A stretch of 53,150 bases of DNA from Phoronis australis (taxonomy: Eukaryota > Animalia > Phoronida), in contig NMRA01000572.1 of NCBI GenBank assembly GCA_002633005.1, positions 199,817-252,966 on the forward strand. The letters run 5' to 3'. The stretch's first letter is position 1, and every line of letters begins with the position of its first letter. Below the pieces are notes generated by a model. The model saw only the letters and a program-made list of their open reading frames with translations, ran no database searches and was not told the DNA's origin. Both the position numbers and the translations under genes were made by a program. Shown in pieces: positions 21,891 through 33,445 of the stretch.

Positions 21891-22622
21891 CACTATGTAT
21901 TTAAAGGGCTCACGAAATCGAGGCTGTTAATCTATCACCACTAGTACACGCACGCCCTCTAGTTATTGTAGATTTTCCGAATAGCCCCATTACTTGCACA
22001 TTATTTTTTTGGCTCACTATTATATAGTCTCTTCGTGACTGGAGGTTTAGTTTTCAACTCAAGCTGGTTTATGTTTGTGCCAGTCCCGGCGGCTGTGACG
22101 GGCCTGATCGGGTTCCGAGCCACTGGCCGGGATAACAAGCGTTTTGTGCGCTTAGAAAAAAAAAATCTCAAGTATAAACAACACAGATCTACATTCTCCT
22201 GCCTGTATTTCACGGAAGAATACTTGGAATTTATCTCCGAACAGACCCCAAACTCCTGCTGCGGACCTTGGTAAACTGGCCTGCCGAACTGTAGGCTACG
22301 GTGTATCCAAATACCGGTAAATCCGTAACAGCGAAATAAAACAACACGTATTAATAAGAACTCGGGTGTATTTTTAAGGCTTTTACATCGAAGTTTGACG
22401 ATTTATTGGTGTTAAACGATGAATTCAAGAGACAAGCTGACACCACTAACCAGTGTTGTGAACTGCTGAACAGACTGCGTGTGAAACCAATTACGTCATT
22501 GGATAATTTCAACACCTCCGTCTGCCGTCAGGTAACGCAACCGAACCTTCTGTTATGGAGCAGAACAACTCGATCTAAATTGATACAAAATAGGTTGTTT
22601 TTTGGGTGGCATTCTCCTTTAA

Positions 22623-23112
22623 GTTCATTGAAATCTGTTAATCCATTCTCGATAAAATCCGAATGTGCACCTCCCTACCACTTGAAAAGCCCTTGTCGAG
22701 AACTAAGTGGCCACTAGGCGGTGCTGCCGTAGGCGCTGCAGTGGTTGAATCCACCCGTGGTGCCTACACATTGACATTACATACATTTGTAAAGTTTCAT
22801 CGAAAGTGTCAGTCATTCGCTAGATATTATTGGGAAACGCTCTTCCCAAAAGGAACAACTGAAAAGCCCTTGTCAAGAACAAAATGGTTACTAGGAGGTC
22901 CTGAAGTGGTTGAATCAGCCTGAAAATTTTATGGTGACAATGCATTGACATCATGTACCTTCATTAAAATCTGTCAGTCGGACCACTAAATATCATCTGG
23001 AAACATTCTCCTCAAAAATGGCCGCAAGGAGATGCTGCAGTGGTCGAATCTGCATCAAAATATGTTGCTGGCACATTCATATCACACACCTCTGCGTCAA
23101 GTTTCAATGAAA
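22623..23112 (+). mobile_element. Helentron/DINE-like repeat; right part of a copy split by Kolobok copy B (left part about 17270-17459)
   Basis: Joining across the TTAA gives atacctctgcaTTAAgttcattgaaatc, which matches the family unit atacctctgtgtcaaatttcattgaaattc at 17306. Confidence 0.65.
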
Positions 23113-23529
23113 GCTTAAAAGCAAGTTGATGAATTTCGCTTAACAGTAGGGGTTAGTTTCAGCAGTTGACGCAGGGGAATTCCTGATGATTAATCCTAAA
23201 CACTTTCAATTCACAATAGCAAAAGATAAGAATACAATGACATTATTTTGAAAGCAAAACATGCCTTATAGCCACTTTAAAGGGACACTTCCTTCTTGGT
23301 AACGGCAAAACCCGACAATCATAAAGGGGCTGATGAACTGAACAGATCGCCTTAAAATTTTCCTTGACATGATAGCAATTGTTTTGCACCATCAAAAGCT
23401 ATTTACAGCACACCTGTGACAACAACCAACCAAATTATGACAGGATTGGTCAAGCCTGTAAATACCATGGCAATTAGACACACATTCTTACTTCCCAATA
23501 CACTGAATATGTTTGGGGATGGATAAGGC

Positions 23530-24609
23530 ATGGTTTATATTAATGACCTTCCTGATAACCTGTCATGTAGCACATACCTTTATGCAGATGACACGGCGCT
23601 TTTTTACCCCTTCGCAGGGAGCAGCCCTGAATGTTCTTTGCAGCTTCAACACGACTTAAATAAACTAAGCTACTGGTCACAAGAATGGAGAATGAATTTT
23701 AAACCAGAAAAAAGCGTTGACCTTACCTTCTCCAAATCTACTAATGCTCTCTTCCTTGTTGACCCGTCTTATGACCTTAAACTTAATGATGAAATCATTC
23801 CTAGAAAACAGTCGCACAGACATCTGGGTATACTGTTAGATGAAAAACTCTCATTCACCCCTCACGTTCGGGAGCTCGTACAAAAAACTCGGGAACTCAT
23901 TAACCCACTTAAGCTTGTCTCTCGTCATCTGAATTCTACACATTTAGAAGTTTTGTTCAAATCCTTTATAAACCCACACATTGATTATTGTGATATTATA
24001 TATCAGTCCGCCAATACGGGTACACCCCCACATTTGGAGAAGTTACAATATCAAGCTGCCTTACTCATAACCGGAGCTTACAGGGGATCCAATAGTGTTA
24101 AGGTTTTGAATAGTCTCAAGTGGCCCAAACTGTCTACTCGACGCAATCTTCACATAACCACATTTACTTTCAAGGTAATAAACAATTTCAACAACGTTTT
24201 TTGTCAAAAAATATTTGATCTATACACTAGACAAGGCCATCGTAGTGATTTGAGATCCTCCACCCCATATACAATTCCTCCGTCGTTCAGTCAGGCATTC
24301 AGAAGGTCTACAGTCATGATGTGCATCAACAACTGGAAATCTCTTCCAGTCTCTGTTAAGGAAAGCAACTCTTACGAGTATAAAAATAATTTTAGAACTG
24401 TTTTTCATAATTTTGATTACTCAACATCCTTGACTCAATTCTCCCTTCCCCGCGATAGCAAAATAGCATTGTACAGATCCAGATGTGGCCTTTTTTCAAC
24501 TCTGACAAGTTCAGGCACAACTTTAGTAGTGTCTCTCCAAACTCTAAATGTGGTGACCATCAATCTTATCCTCATATTTTCTTCAAATGTCCCCTCATCG
24601 AATACCTGA
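23530..24609 (+). pseudogene. LINE reverse transcriptase fragment
   Basis: YADD catalytic motif and a CR1/L2-type thumb region. It lacks the N-terminal RT motifs and the endonuclease, and frameshifts near the end. Confidence 0.88.
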
Positions 24610-24975
24610 GAGACTCACTCTTTCGTGCACTCATTGATAACCGTTAACGCTCTCAAGTCTTGTAATAATATCCCTACTAGAGTTACATTATTACTGAATG
24701 GTAGTCCTAACCATGACCTCGTTCTCAACGAATTCTTCCTAAGCAACGTTTGTAAATTTTTATGTACCGTTTATCAATATTGTTGCATCTGATTTCCATA
24801 CATGAACCTGTACATATTTTTGTTTTTATACATTTGTGATAGCATATCTAAGTATTGGAATACTTATATTAGATACTACTTAATTGTATATACCTCTATG
24901 TATATTAGATCAGCTACTACATACTCTAAATACCCACTCATGAGTCAAAAATAGGCCTACATTTTGTGAGTCAGG

Positions 24976-25136
24976 CAGTGCTGTAGTGGGGCGTAGGTGC
25001 ATGTAGGCGCAGCCAACCACCTTTTGGCATTTGAACGTAGCGCCTACGCACTGTAAGTTACGTTCAGTGCTCAAGTAAAGGTTATGCGGTGGGCTCTGGG
25101 CGCCTACTTACCTCTAATTTTACCACTACAGCACTG
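24976..25136. mobile_element. 161-bp MITE in the LINE 3'UTR
   Basis: 14-bp perfect TIR CAGTGCTGTAGTGG / CCACTACAGCACTG, with internal gcgtagg/cctac repeats. Confidence 0.82.
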
Positions 25137-26449
25137 CTCAGTAATCGCATGCCCTTGTACTTCACTGAACTATAGCACCATTCTTTTGATAACTGACTCT
25201 TATGTTCAAGTTGAACGCAATTTTCACTGCATNGTTTCTGGGTTTGTTATTATTTCTTTGTATGTTCTGTGTATCCTTCAATAAATATATATCACAGTAA
25301 AAAAAAAAAGGCATGGTAAGTACCCGAGAAAAATTATTTGTGGGTGACTGATTTGTCCGATAATTTAATTTTAGGAACAAGGTAAAAAATATCCCTTGAA
25401 AACAACAATAACCCATATTTTGGTGTACATATGATCAAAGCAATGTCATTGGCCAGGTGGTCTCATCCTTTGTTTGAGTTAATGTTTGAGTTAAAATTGC
25501 TTGCAATAAATCATCTGGACAGGAACCCTTGCCCCCCGCATCAAGTTCAAAAGAAAAGAACACTAACAACACTCTCATATGATTTGCAAACACGTTGCGT
25601 GACTATGCACGGCCGTAGAAAGCAGGGGGCGGAGGACAGTCGAGAGAAGACTGCGAAACATGGAGATGAGAGAAAATTTAAGAGAACATTTGACAACTAA
25701 GTATCAGAGTATGGTTTATCCATTGAGGGCCTTACCCAGAACATTGTTGTTAGGGTCTCCGTTTATGTAGCATAGGTCGTCTAAATGCACTTGAAAACGT
25801 GCACTCAAGTCATTCATACATGCATTTCGAAAAATCAAGAAAATTTGTTAAGCAAAGCTTTTGCAGTGTGTATTAATTCACTGGAAATTTATATTTAATA
25901 TAAAGTCAATTTGGCTACAGAACTACATTTTTCCAGAGGCCCCTCTCTGGCAAGGGATAACAGAAACAACTGTCTCTCTATTTTTTTTGTTTTTTTTGAT
26001 TAGTAATAAAATGTTTCGTTTTTCCCATAGTATCACCAGAATAGTACTTTTGAAAATCGTTACTAAGGGTTGTTTGAAAGGAATTCACACATGTCAAAGA
26101 GACTGTCCAGGCTACAATTTGTGATCGAACAGGGTACTCAAAGTAACCGAAACCATAAACAAAGATTTCAGCAGTTTTTTTAAGTTCAAGTTTAAGTCTT
26201 GAACGGTTATAGATAACTATCAAATGAGCAAAAGTACTCCTTAATACGAATGCCCCAACAACCATGTTCCCTCGGTTACCTGTCAAAAATCTCTGTGTAT
26301 ATTGCTTACAACATGTTTTGATGAACAAATTGGCTGGTTCCTGATTTACATGTTTTATGTATTTTTACTCTGCGTGAAACTTCGTAGGTTCACGATTACT
26401 CAAATCCTGATGGATGCATCCTCAGAATTAACCCCAACCTATGGCGGAC

Positions 26450-28672
26450 GTGGGGGCATTTGGTACAAATACGGCGGTATCCGGGGAACGGGATGGGAGT
26501 CGCGAAAATATTTCAAGCCTTTGTTTCTCAGGCTCTGGGGCTGAGAGCGTGCATATGTATGAGTCATCTGTCAATTACTGACAATGTACGTGTGCGCACT
26601 ACTCCAAAATCGCATATCAAAAGAGAACAGGGACTGTCCCACATAAATGAGTATAAGCCTACCAGTTTGGCTCTGTTAAGCGACCGGGTCTTTATTTGAC
26701 AAGTAACTTAGACCCCGGACACACCTGTGGTTTACGATATTCTCTGAGCCCGATGTTTCCCCCTCGTGGTCCCAAGGCCTCACGATGTTCCATTCCCGTA
26801 GTCATCTTTTCAACTAAATGGGTACACATGAAATTGTGGTTAGCAAAAGCTTTATTCTTCTATTAGTTCACCCCTCCCCTGCCAATATTTCACTCCCCTG
26901 TTCGGTGTCCGTCGAATAACCGCCCAGAGCTTAAGCTAGTGCCCACCCGTTATTTGTACCTTGTACCTAGGCATTGTCCATCCACTGCAGGATGTAGCCC
27001 TCCGACAATGCCTTCCAACTTGTTCTGTCTCTTGCTGCTCTCATCCATGTTGTGCCTATCGTTTTCACGATGTCATCTCTCCATCTGGCTTGGGGCCGTC
27101 CTCTTGATCTCTTTCCATATCTGGGTTGCCACTCTGTAATCTTTTTGTCCATCTGTTGTCCTGTGTTCTGGACACGTGTCCGCCCCACCTCCATTTCAAT
27201 TTCAGAATTGTCTTGATTATGTCCATGACTCCTGTTTGTTCCCTTATCCCTTGTGTGGAATCCTGTCTAGTAACTTTATTCCAAGCATTTTTCTCTCCAT
27301 TGCTCTCTTGTGTTGTTCTTAGCTTAGCAATTGTCTGTTTTGTTAAGGTCCATGTTTGGCATCCATAGGTGATTGTGGGGATGATGCGCTGGTCAAATAC
27401 TTTTCTTTTCAGGGATATGGGTATGTTCTTATCTTGGAATATTTCTTTGTTTTTCCAAAGCAACTCCATACAGCTCTTATTCGGATTTGTATTTCATTGG
27501 TCCTACAGTTCCCCATTTATTTACTTCACTAAAATGATTTTCAAAATAAAACTGTAAGATGCATTTCAAGTGCTGCAATTAAACCAACTTCAATTCACAA
27601 TGAGTTATGTTTTTCGGGGACATCGTATTCTGTAAGCGTCTCCTTTAGTCCATTAAAAGCGACTGCATGGTTTGAAATTGATACTTACGCAGTCCATTGT
27701 CAAACTCTCAATAAATAAAAATTTTCAAAGAACCAGTTATTCTCAATGTTTAGAATCCAAATCCTGGCTTTGTTTTATGCCTTCGAAGGACAAGCAACAC
27801 TAATATGACATGCATGACAGAGTCGTGTGTCATTTCGAGGCCAGCTTATTTTTCCCATACATGGCACATATTCTATCCTAAGGGAGCAAACTCAAATCAC
27901 CCAATAATGGAAACCCGAACGGAGTAGGAATGATTTTGAGACTTTTCATTGCATGGAAAACCAATTATCAAGTATATAAGCTGCATAAGTCACACAAATT
28001 TTTTGTTGTGAAATTTGCACTCAGTTGTTCCCACACATCAATATGGCTGAGGCAACATTTTGCCGATTCTTCTAGACAGGATGTTTTCCAGTCGTTCGCA
28101 TTTCAAAATTTGGACTGCGAACAAATGGAGGACGCTTGCACTGAGAGTTATCTATCTTTAAGAACTTTGATGACAATCAGACCCAGAAAAGATACAAGTA
28201 TTTTTTCAACGAGTATTTTCTTGTTTCCTGTTGCCCGTGTCGGTTAGAAAGCATTGATTCAACTTTCACATCAGCAACCAGCCTTGTTACAAATTCTATA
28301 ACTCGAAATCACAAAAGGGTGTATGCTACCATAGAAATGTGAATCTACAAAAGCCTTATCAGAACCTCGGTAGGTTGGCTTTGGTTCACATTGCAACATG
28401 CCACTTCACTGGCAATCAAGAACAAGGGTAGCACAGTACACTGGTACATCTAAGAACTCAATTTTGGGACCTGAAATTTGTGAGTATTTAACACTGAAGT
28501 AAGAGTATTATCTCAATATTTTCTTGGTGACCTTAAAAACTATTTTGAAGCATAAAAATGGCGGAAATTTTTGCAACCTGGAATTTATGAATGGGAGCTG
28601 GATTTTGAAAATGCAACCTGAAATTTTGGCTAGGTCGTTGCGACCTGGTGATTTTCATAGCGTCGAGGGCTG
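26450..28672 (+). mobile_element. Old degenerate copy of the CAGGGCTCGAC hAT-like family, interrupted by an RTE LINE
   Basis: 26500-26870 resembles 31830-32290. 27660-28672 resembles 38510-39197 and ends in tagcgtcgagggctg. Confidence 0.7.
26960..27470 (-). mobile_element. RTE-clade LINE 3' fragment
   Basis: RKVFDQRIIPTITYGCQTWTLTK...LKWRWGGHVSRTQDNRWTKKITEWQPRYGKRSRGRPQARWRDDI, read across frameshifts. Confidence 0.9.
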
Positions 28673-28714
28673 CACACTCACTCTGCCCTCCCTTACACGT
28701 GCGCGCGCACGCAG

Positions 28715-28715
<1 letters not shown>

Positions 28716-28765
<50 letters not shown>
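28716..28765. repeat. (CA)n microsatellite; (GT)n on the gene strand, 16 nt into the intron after coding exon 1
   Basis: Directly visible, about 25 units. Confidence 0.97.
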
Positions 28766-28766
<1 letters not shown>

Positions 28767-28781
28767 CCAACTTCGACTGAC

Positions 28782-28892
28782 CTTTCTGCATTTCATAAGG
28801 TGGTACGGCAACCGTTTTGCCCTCACCATGTGCACCTTGTCGTAAGGACACTGTATGAGTTCCTCAGGATCAGGGATCCCGTATTGGGACAT
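28782..28892 (-). CDS. GTSF1: GTSF1-like, coding exon 1 (first CHHC zinc finger)
   Basis: Translates as [37 protein letters not shown], a C-x5-H-x9-H-x3-C finger. Acceptor tttcag lies 3 nt upstream of the ATG (exon starts at 28895). Donor AAG/gtcagt. 111 nt, ends in phase 0. Confidence 0.93.
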
Positions 28893-29454
28893 CGTCTGAA
28901 ATGGATAACACACCAGTAACAAATCTAACAATTGCGCTAATGAACAATTTTATCGATTTCTGTAAACTTCAGTCACACTGTAGACGAAATCTTGAAGATG
29001 TTATTAACCCACTTCCTTTCAATTTAGATCAACTACCGTGATTAAACTGGAGTTAACTGGTCAGAACTTGTTCCTGATCGGATTAGAAGTGATTTCTAGG
29101 GGAAAACCATCAGCGACCATTATTGTACCAAACCTGTATTGAATATATAACGAGATGAGCATGACTTTAAAAATGACTGTTATTCAGCTTTAACTAACCC
29201 AAATATCACTTGCCATATCTGAGTAGGGACACGTTAAGACCTCTTTTACAGCCACTAGTGGCCTGAAAAATTATTCAAGGCAGGTTCACATTACACCTAC
29301 GGTATTGCTACTAAAAGTCTATTTAAGGTGGTTATAAACCCTCCAAAACCAACTTTTGACCACATCATTCCTTAGTCAAATTAGAGGTGATTTCACAACC
29401 TGAAAATGACAGTTGATCATTGCTTGTTACCAAACTCTCCTAACTGGCTTGTTA

Positions 29455-29796
29455 ATTTATGAACATGCATTGTTCATGGTCTCAAGGAATAACCAAGTGC
29501 TAATGTATGAGTATGCTATTGAGCATAGTCTCAAGGAATAACGAAGAGTTAATGTATGAGTATGCTATTGAGCCTAGTCTCAAGGAATAACCAAGTGTTA
29601 ATGTATGAGTATGCATTGTTCATAGTCTCAAGGAATAACCAAATGTTCATGTATGAGTGTGCTATTGAGCCTAGTCTCAAGGAATAACCAAGTGTTAATG
29701 TATGAGTATGCATTGTTCATAGTCTCAAGGAATAACCAAATGTTCATGTATGAGTGTGCTAGTGAGCATAGTCTCAAGGAATAACCAAGTGTTAAT
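29455..29796. repeat. Minisatellite of about 49 bp (agtctcaaggaataaccaagtgttaatgtatgagtatgctattgagc...), about 7 copies
   Basis: Directly visible, with two alternating unit variants. Confidence 0.92.
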
Positions 29797-30080
29797 TCTT
29801 TGCAAACCCAGGAATCACTTCTCATCAGAGAAAGGGACAAGATGACAACAATTTATTTTGGAAACTAGATTAAGTCAAAAGTTCTCTTCTTCAATGGAAC
29901 ATGGATTCATACCTGTTTAATGACAATTAGAAAAACAACATTCCCATAAAAACATGTAGAAATAAATTATAGGAATTATTTCACTGATACATCACGTGTA
30001 AAAACGTGTTAGTGTAATTAATTTTATTCAATGTGATAAAAAGGATAACTGCTGAAGTGATTGGTATGGGTTCCATTATC

Positions 30081-30380
30081 CACATTACGTAAGACAGGCA
30101 GTGAACTGTCACATTACATTCTACGTAAGACAGGCAGTGAACTGTCACATTACATTCTACGTAAGACAGGCAGTGAACTGTCACATTACATTCTACGTAA
30201 GACAGGCAGTGAACTGTCACATTACATTCTACGTAAGACAGGCGGTGAACTGTCACATTACATTCTACATAAGACAGGCGGTGAACTGTCACATTACATT
30301 CTACATAAGACAGGCGGTGAACTGTCACATTACATTCTACATAAGACAGGCGGTGAACTGTCACATTACATTCTACATAA
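30081..30380. repeat. 39-bp minisatellite, about 7.5 copies
   Basis: Unit taagacaggcagtgaactgtcacattacattctacg. It explains three repetitive ORFs. Confidence 0.96.
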
Positions 30381-32290
30381 CAGGGCTCGACATAACGAGC
30401 TGCAGGTCGCATTTGCGACCTTTTCACGTTTTTCCCCGTGTGTGGGTGGGCGCAGGTTGTTACAGACCGGTGCTAATAGCTTCCGGTGCGAAGATTGACT
30501 GAAGACTGGTTCGAGTTAATCCTTTATTAATCCCGACCGTACATTCACAAGCCTACTCAAACAAAACGTCCGACGTAATGTCTGTTTTATGCTCCAGCCA
30601 GTGCTGCGAAGCCTTGACTTGTGATGAACTTCTAAGATACTTCCAGCAACTGTTACGCTCGATTCAATAACCTGCTGGCTCTCTATTGTCTATCGCTGTA
30701 ACTGCTGATTCTCTTCACTGCAACTCAACTATAGTTCTCCTGATTAACTTACCTGAACTGACTTGATCTTCTCTTGAACTGACGTGATCTTTTCGTACTC
30801 AACTGACTTAATCTGCTAGCACAAACCCGTGCTTGTGTATTTATAGCCTAATGCATTGTTCTGGAACTTTTCATCAATTCAAGCACATACCAGAACTTTC
30901 TGGAACCTACCCAATCATTCTACAAACATATACTAGTCTCTAGAATATTCCAGACTGCATTAATCACTGTCATGCTAGAGTCTTCTAGAAGGTTCCACAC
31001 TAAACTGTAGTAAACAAATTACATCATCACTGTTCTGACCTCAGTCTTCTAGAAAGTTCCACACTATTTTGTAGTAAACAAATTACATCATCATTGTACT
31101 TAACTCAGGGGTCATGCCAATCAAACTGAATAACAAAACAAAACAACACAGCTAATAATACTGTCAGACTATATTCTGACAGACCTGAAATTTGGAATTG
31201 CGAGCTGAGGTTTTTGTCAGCTCGTATCAAGTCGCAAAATGTGACCTGGAATTTCCAACAAATGCGAGCTGAGTTTTTACACTTCCCGACAGATACCTGG
31301 CAAATATCAAGCAACTATTGTTAACCCGACCATTACTTGATTGTTGCCAAATCCAAGTTCAAAAGACCACTAACAGAGAACAGCCCTCCCGATGACTTGT
31401 AAGCAAGTCGCGTGAACATGGGATATGCAGAATCGATCTTTGATGCGTTTCATTGGCTAACATTTTCGGCCACTTTTGAAAATTTCCGGATTTGCCTAAG
31501 AAAGTTTCGGGCAACTGCATAACACGTGATAAAACGTCACAAAACAGTGATGTTTCTACTAATTTTAAGCGATCAACTTACCAAACTTTGTGGTGGACAA
31601 ATATGTTTGTTTTTCGCTTAAGATGTCCTTATTACCTTTACCAAATATCCACGACAATATTCCTGATATCGCACTGCGGCACTGGTCGGTCCCGTTGTTA
31701 GCGTGCAAGCGGTCCCGGCAAGACAATCATGACTTAGATATGTGCGCCTCGTTTTTATCCCATAAGACAGCCAAAGTGAAAATGACAACCTATTAATCCC
31801 CAAACGACGATCACATCTTTACTTTCAGTTGCCAAGAAATTCTCAAACCCCATTATTTGTTTCAGGGGCTACGTGTGCGAAATATGATTTGTCTTTCACA
31901 CGTTGTTGCCAACGTAAAGTGTAGGCCTATTCCAGCGATTTAAGTGCGCGAACTCACGCGTGCGCACCGTTTCAAAGCTACACATCAAAAGAGAACAGCG
32001 ACAGTCCTTAATGAAAAAGTATACCGTCTTGGCTCTGTTAAGAACCCGGGTGCCAATGGTTTATTCGAAAATGAACTCGTAGATTTCCGGCGGTTACATA
32101 AGACCTGATGCTTTACGATATTCCCCGGGACGGGTGTAACCCAGAACTGATATTTTCCGGTTCCGATGTTTCTCGAGGTCGATGTTCTCTAAACCTTATA
32201 TTCTATGCCTGTAGCCAGCTATTGCAACTAAACGGGTACTAGATGCGAAATTGTGGTTAGTGAACTTTTTATTCTTCTCTTCATACACCT
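30381..32290 (+). mobile_element. hAT-like family (CAGGGCTCGAC TIR), left arm, with a solo-LTR insertion
   Basis: Starts cagggctcgacataacgagctgcaggtcgcatttgcgacc and resumes at 31182. Colinear with the copies at 37690 and 45061. Confidence 0.85.
30421..31181 (-). mobile_element. Solo LTR (Gypsy-like), 761 bp, 4-bp TSD GACC
   Basis: GACC at 30417-30420 and 31182-31185. The uninterrupted copy at 45061 shows the empty site. On minus it starts TGTCAG, with a TATAAA near 30840 and an AATAAA near 30523. The far end is degenerate (ttttcac). Confidence 0.8.
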
Positions 32291-32359
32291 CCACCCGCCC
32301 CCTCCCCACTCCCCGGCAGCTTTTCGCTCACCGGACCACCGCCGCCGTAAAAATGTTCA

Positions 32360-32710
32360 GACTCCAATAGAAACAATCATGTTCCAGCTGAAGCGGGCAA
32401 TTAAAAACAAAATTATTCCATCTGAAAACCTGAGGATACCATTGTCTCACTAATAGATGCCTATATACCAAATTTTATGAAAATACGTCGAGGACCTTTG
32501 AAGATACAGAGGTAAACGTAAAAAACTAAAACTGCCACTAGGGGCACACCGGTAGTCGCATCAGTCCGAAAGTTCGCTCATGCCGTCCCATCCATGAAAG
32601 GAACACACGTGCAAAATTTCATGAACATACGTCAATCGCTTTTGGAAGGATGGACGGACGCAGATGACGGCATAATGCGTCCACATATAAATATGTGGGC
32701 GCATAATAAA
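32360..32710 (+). mobile_element. Helentron/DINE-like repeat, 3' part
   Basis: ccaaattttatgaaaat units, a ggacggacg simple repeat, and a terminal hairpin atgcgtccacatat-aa-atatgtgggcgcat (32675-32704). Confidence 0.7.
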
Positions 32711-33445
32711 AGTAGGTCAAATGGTCACAAACAACAGTAGTTAGCTGGGAACGGTATGTTTTAATAATAATTAAGTTAATTACGCATTGCAAAATCAGTT
32801 GACACTGCGAGTGAATGTTGAAATAGCGAACATATTTAAGGCTTGTATAGGTTATGTGTACCGAAAACAAGCTTTCACCGAATAATTAACCGAAGACTTA
32901 GAGATTTTCAGTTGTCCCAGTTTAATCGGCCTTCGGCAAATCGACTTCATCTGAACTTAGGAACACGAGTTCTCGAAAATGGCTTGGGGGATTTTGCTGA
33001 GACTTCCCAAATTTAATATTTAGTTATCAGTCTCAAAAACGCTGTTAGGATTTTCAATAGAAAGGCCTATTTTTTGCGTAATGTAGCAAAGACGAATACG
33101 ACTTCCGTTTTTTACAAAGATACCTTACGTTTTGCGAGTTGATTTGCCATAGAAACCAAACGAAAAGACTAATCGAAAATTCCTAACAGCGTTTTCGAGG
33201 TAATTGGTGAAGTTTTCATTTAAAAAAGTTTCATTAAAATCAACCAAGGCATTATTTTGCTATGAATTACCTTTCTTAAAAATAAAATTTTGACTTAAAA
33301 AAAGGTTTTTACGTAAAAATAATGATACATTAATACTCCCTAATATTTTTTCTTTCAGAAAATATATACTTCTACTAGTTGACAAAGCTTAGTTTTTTGA
33401 TATACGAGTTAGAATAGAAGCCACTAAATACGGTTGGAGATAATC
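32710..33445 (+). mobile_element. Truncated inverted copy of the Kolobok-like element at 43158-44573
   Basis: Reverse complement of about 43158-43920. Ends ggttggagataatc|TTAA. Confidence 0.82.

Larger units (their letters stand above)
18493..21988 (+). mobile_element. ISL2EU-like (PIF/Harbinger-related) transposon, decayed and internally deleted
   Basis: AT|GGGGCTATTCGGA ... TCCGAATAGCCCC|AT: a 13-bp perfect TIR with an AT TSD. It holds a spliced THAP gene remnant on plus and a convergent SAP/YqaJ-like nuclease remnant on minus. Confidence 0.82.
17464..22618 (+). mobile_element. Kolobok-like transposon, copy B (same family as 13470-14955), with a nested 3.5-kb insertion
   Basis: TTAA|AGGAGAATGCCACCC ... 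GGGTGGCATTCTCCT|TTAA. Segments 17464-18455 and 22055-22618 align with copy A. THAP remnant at 17575..17925. Confidence 0.9.
23530..25310 (+). mobile_element. 5'-truncated CR1/L2-group LINE (RT C-terminal part, 3'UTR, A-tail)
   Basis: 359-aa ORF with VYINDLP...LYADDT, HLGILLDEKLSF and PHIDYCDIIY. The 3' end has aataaa at 25280 and an A-run ending at about 25309. Confidence 0.9.

Noticed and set aside
28533-28931. The full 132-aa ORF as a single-exon protein with a CVCVCV tract
   Set aside because: Only 28782-28892 is exonic. The rest is intron read-through over a GT microsatellite and a transposon end.
29981-30502. Three ORFs of 133-148 aa with 13-aa repeats
   Set aside because: They come from a 39-bp tandem repeat that happens to lack stops in those frames.
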